From Ignavibacteriota bacterium (GTDB lineage Bacteria > Bacteroidota > Ignavibacteria > UBA10030 > UBA6906): a DNA stretch of 64,000 nt. Position numbers and translations under genes: made by a program. Below the pieces are notes generated by a model. That model did not search any database. It saw nothing but the letters and a program-made list of their open reading frames with translations, and was not told the DNA's origin. The stretch is taken from contig CAWEHG010000009.1 in the NCBI GenBank assembly GCA_963808715.1, positions 8,257-72,256 on the forward strand, written 5' to 3'. This document shows, piece after piece, positions 61,920-64,000 of this stretch. Each line of letters begins with the position of its first letter. The stretch's first letter is position 1.

Positions 61920-62949
61920 TCAGGCGCCGAGCTCCTTCCGGACGATCCGCGCCCCTCGCGACCATGGCCTGCAGTTTTCCGAAGGCCCGTTCGCGAGGCA
62001 TGAATTTCATGCCGCAGTCGGGGCTGAGCCAGAGTTTCTCCGCCGGGATGTATTCCAGCGCCTGGCGGATGCGGCGGGCCACCAGATCCGGCGATTCGAC
62101 CTGCTCCGACCTTCACGTCGATCACCCCCACCACCACCTCTTTGTCGATCTTGTAGGTCTTGAACAGGTCGAGACCCGCGCCGTCCGAGACGGCGAATTC
62201 CAAGCTGATCTGGTCCGCGTGCGTCTCGAGGATGGCCGGGAACAGTTCGGCATACTGCCCGGAGAAGAGCTTCTTCAGCTGGTAGTTGCCGTAGCAGGTA
62301 TGGAGGGCGATCTTCGCCTTCACGCCCTTGACCAGCCGGTTGAACGACTCGACGAGCCAGGGCATATCCTGGGGATATCCGACCCAGATCGGTTCGTCGA
62401 TCTGGATGAAGTCGCATCCTGCGCCGACCAGGCCCTTCAGTTCCTCGTTCAGGATGTCCGCCAGGTCGAAGCACCAGTTCCCGGTCGGTCGTGTAGTATT
62501 CGTTCGTGGCCCGTTTGGCGAGCATCTGCGGGCCGGTGACGCAGACCTTCGTCCGATGCCTGGCGTACTCGCGAAGGAACCGGAAGTGGCGATCCATCCC
62601 GAGGCTCTCCTTCCTGCCGGACCTTGTCGCGAACGACCGGATCGGGCATCTGGATGGAGGGATCGAGATTGCCGATGGACTTCATCTTCCCCGCCATGTC
62701 GAACCCGTGGATCCGCATGGAGAAGAAGTTGACCATCGTTTCCCGCCGGAGCTCGCCATCGGTGATGAGGTCCACGCCGGCCAGTTCCTGGTCGGTGATC
62801 GCGGACTTGACCGCGTTGTCGTGCGCCTCCTCCACCTGGGCGGGGGTGAGGGCATGGCGTTTGCCAAGTTCGCGGACCTGGTCCAGCCATCTGGGATACG
62901 AGTAGCTGCCGATGACCGTGGTGGGGAGGAGCGGGAGGGGGTGCGGCAT
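61920..62949 (-). pseudogene. Cobalamin-independent methionine synthase (MetE C-terminal / Meth_synt_2) fold protein, four frame breaks
   Basis: ATG 62949 (MPHPLPLLPTTVIGSYSYPRWL). DLITDGELRRE, CDFIQIDEP, IALHTCYGN (His-x-Cys), LWLSPDCGMKF. Pieces in ORFs 62449..63042, 62007..62597, 61763..62890 and 61900..62082. The tail ..RIVRKELGA ends at TGA 61920-61922, 3 nt before ATG 61916. Confidence 0.6.
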
Positions 62950-62973
62950 GGGGTTCCCCTTTTCAGGAATTCT

Positions 62974-63008
62974 GATATCGGATATCTGATATCCGATATT
63001 CGATATCT
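62974..63008. repeat. Five tandem heptads GATATCg-GATATCt-GATATCc-GATATTc-GATATCt
   Basis: Read directly, with units starting at 62974, 62981, 62988, 62995 and 63002. It lies 25-59 nt upstream of ATG 62949, the first start codon of the 36-gene array, in locally AT-rich sequence. Confidence 0.5.
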
Positions 63009-63101
63009 GAAATAGGAAGGGGGAAGTCACCCATGGGTACACGTTTCGGTATTTCGCGTGGAGCCCACAAGGTGACCGCCCCCTCGTTCAACCGCTACGG
63101 T

Positions 63102-63134
63102 GTGGCCCCGCGGGACAGTCTTCCGCGGGGCCAC
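63102..63134 (-). terminator. GC-rich hairpin (12-bp perfect stem GTGGCCCCGCGG/CCGCGGGGCCAC, 9-nt loop), candidate terminator of the outer-membrane gene
   Basis: Read directly. It starts 21 nt downstream of the stop at 63156-63158 on the coding strand. No U-tract follows, so classification as an intrinsic terminator is tentative. Confidence 0.45.
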
Positions 63135-63155
63135 GGAGCCAGGGTAGGCCCCGGA

Positions 63156-64000
63156 TCACTTCATGTCGATCGCCAGCGTCACCCGGTGAACCGCATCCAC
63201 CAGGTCCATCTTGTGTAGGCGTAGTCGAGGTGAACGTCGTAGTCGCCTAGGGCGACCTTGAAGCCGGCGCCCGCGGTGAAGGCCTCCACGGTCGTCTTGA
63301 TCGGCCGGGCTGAAACCGGTCCCACCGTCATCGACCCCCGTGTAGTTGAACTTGTATCCCCCGCGGATGGCGACCATGTTCATGAACATGTACTCGCCGC
63401 CCAGGAAGTAGTACTGCACCCCGTCCTGCGGCTTCACGCCGTCGACCGTCAGCAGGATCTGGTTCATGTCGTCCTTGTACGGGATCATCGACGTCCCGAG
63501 GCTGAACGTCAGCGGGATCTGGGCACCGAAATCATAGAACTTGATGTCGCTTCCCAGGTTGCTCAGCCGCGCGCCGATCTTCCAGTCCAGCACGCCGATG
63601 TCGTACACCGAGCCGAAGTCAAAGGCGACGGACGACGCGTTCTGGTCGTCGATCTTCTCGCTGATATACTTCACCGTGACGCCCAGCGAGAGTTGATCGG
63701 TGATGTTGCGCGCGTACGTCAACTGCATGACCATGTCCCGGTAGTCGTAGGTCGACTGGTGCGCCTCGTCGATCTGCAGCGCTTCGAGCGCGGCATTGCC
63801 GGGATACAGTCGCGGTCGGCCGGGATGCCCGAGATGCCGAACATCATGAACCCGATGCCGATGGTCCCGATGTCCTCGAGGTTGTACGACACCGCCGCCG
63901 CCTGCTGCGTCAGGTCGGCGAACCAGTGATTGTGGGTGAACGACGCCTGCAGGCTCTGGTCCTTGGCCAGGGCGATGCCCGCGGGGTTCCAGAACATGTT
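63156..64000 (-). CDS. PorV/PorQ-like outer-membrane beta-barrel protein, N-terminus beyond window, at least three frame breaks
   Basis: FWNPAGIALAKDQSLQASF..IGIGFMMFGISGIP (ORF 63719..63997) continues in ORF 63156..63734 with alternating beta-strand-like sequence. The tail PIKTTVEAFTAGAGFKVALGDYDVHLDYAYT is readable only in a shifted frame between about 63300 and 63215. The family call is weak. Confidence 0.4.
   Translation of the reverse strand, partial: HVLEPRGHRPGQGPEPAGVVHPQSLVRRPDAAGGGGVVQPRGHRDHRHRVHDVRHLGHPGRPRLYPGNAALEALQIDEAHQSTYDYRDMVMQLTYARNITDQLSLGVTVKYISEKIDDQNASSVAFDFGSVYDIGVLDWKIGARLSNLGSDIKFYDFGAQIPLTFSLGTSMIPYKDDMNQILLTVDGVKPQDGVQYYFLGGEYMFMNMVAIRGGYKFNYTGVDDGGTGFSPADQDDRGGLHRGRRLQGRPRRLRRSPRLRLHKMDLVDAVHRVTLAIDMK

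Noticed and set aside
62974-63008. CRISPR-like array
   Set aside because: The repeat unit is only 7 bp with no spacers and no cas genes. It is a simple tandem repeat.
1-64000. Genomic island or mobile element origin, or a classical Bacteroidia PUL
   Set aside because: I recognised no integrase, transposase, tRNA, direct-repeat boundary or obvious compositional break, and no SusC/SusD or TonB-dependent receptor genes. The locus looks like native chromosome with a non-PUL organisation.

Overview
GC-rich bacterial window (about two-thirds G+C by eye, not computed). I saw no rRNA, tRNA, CRISPR array or mobile-element gene. A T9SS (Por) sorting domain, Asp-box propellers and clear GGAGG-type ribosome-binding sites suggest an FCB-superphylum-like organism, though not a classical Bacteroidia. 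Layout: (i) 1-2306 (-) encodes a T9SS-sorted PD40/C39-peptidase protein. (ii) 2470-10366 (+) holds a corrinoid-dependent methyl-transfer cassette (two URO-D-fold proteins, a corrinoid protein, a homocysteine S-methyltransferase domain, DUF1638, a RACE-type reductive activator) plus a Tat-DUF362 gene pair. (iii) 10380-62949 (-) is one uninterrupted same-strand array of 36 genes (about 52.6 kb) with ten 4-bp start/stop overlaps. It encodes two heparinase II/III-like proteins, a GH88-like protein, GH38, two GH15-like proteins, other six-hairpin-like proteins, three Asp-box propellers, three SSF symporters, sugar kinases, an aldolase, an isomerase, dehydrogenases, a deacylase, an amidohydrolase, aminotransferases, an IclR regulator, two more URO-D paralogues, a MetE-like protein and two duplicated families I cannot name. 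(iv) 63156-64000 (-) is a PorV-like outer-membrane gene. The most interesting hypothesis is that the methyl-transfer genes bracketing and embedded in the glycan array form an undescribed corrinoid-dependent demethylation route for methylated sugars. Major caveat: the ORF track is confounded. Several dozen frame breaks (hand count) and two in-frame TAGs split or falsely fuse real genes, concentrated at 24.6-34.8 kb and 59.7-64 kb. At least two breaks sit in homopolymer runs, so sequencing error is as likely as gene decay. All family calls come from motif recognition, not from database searches.
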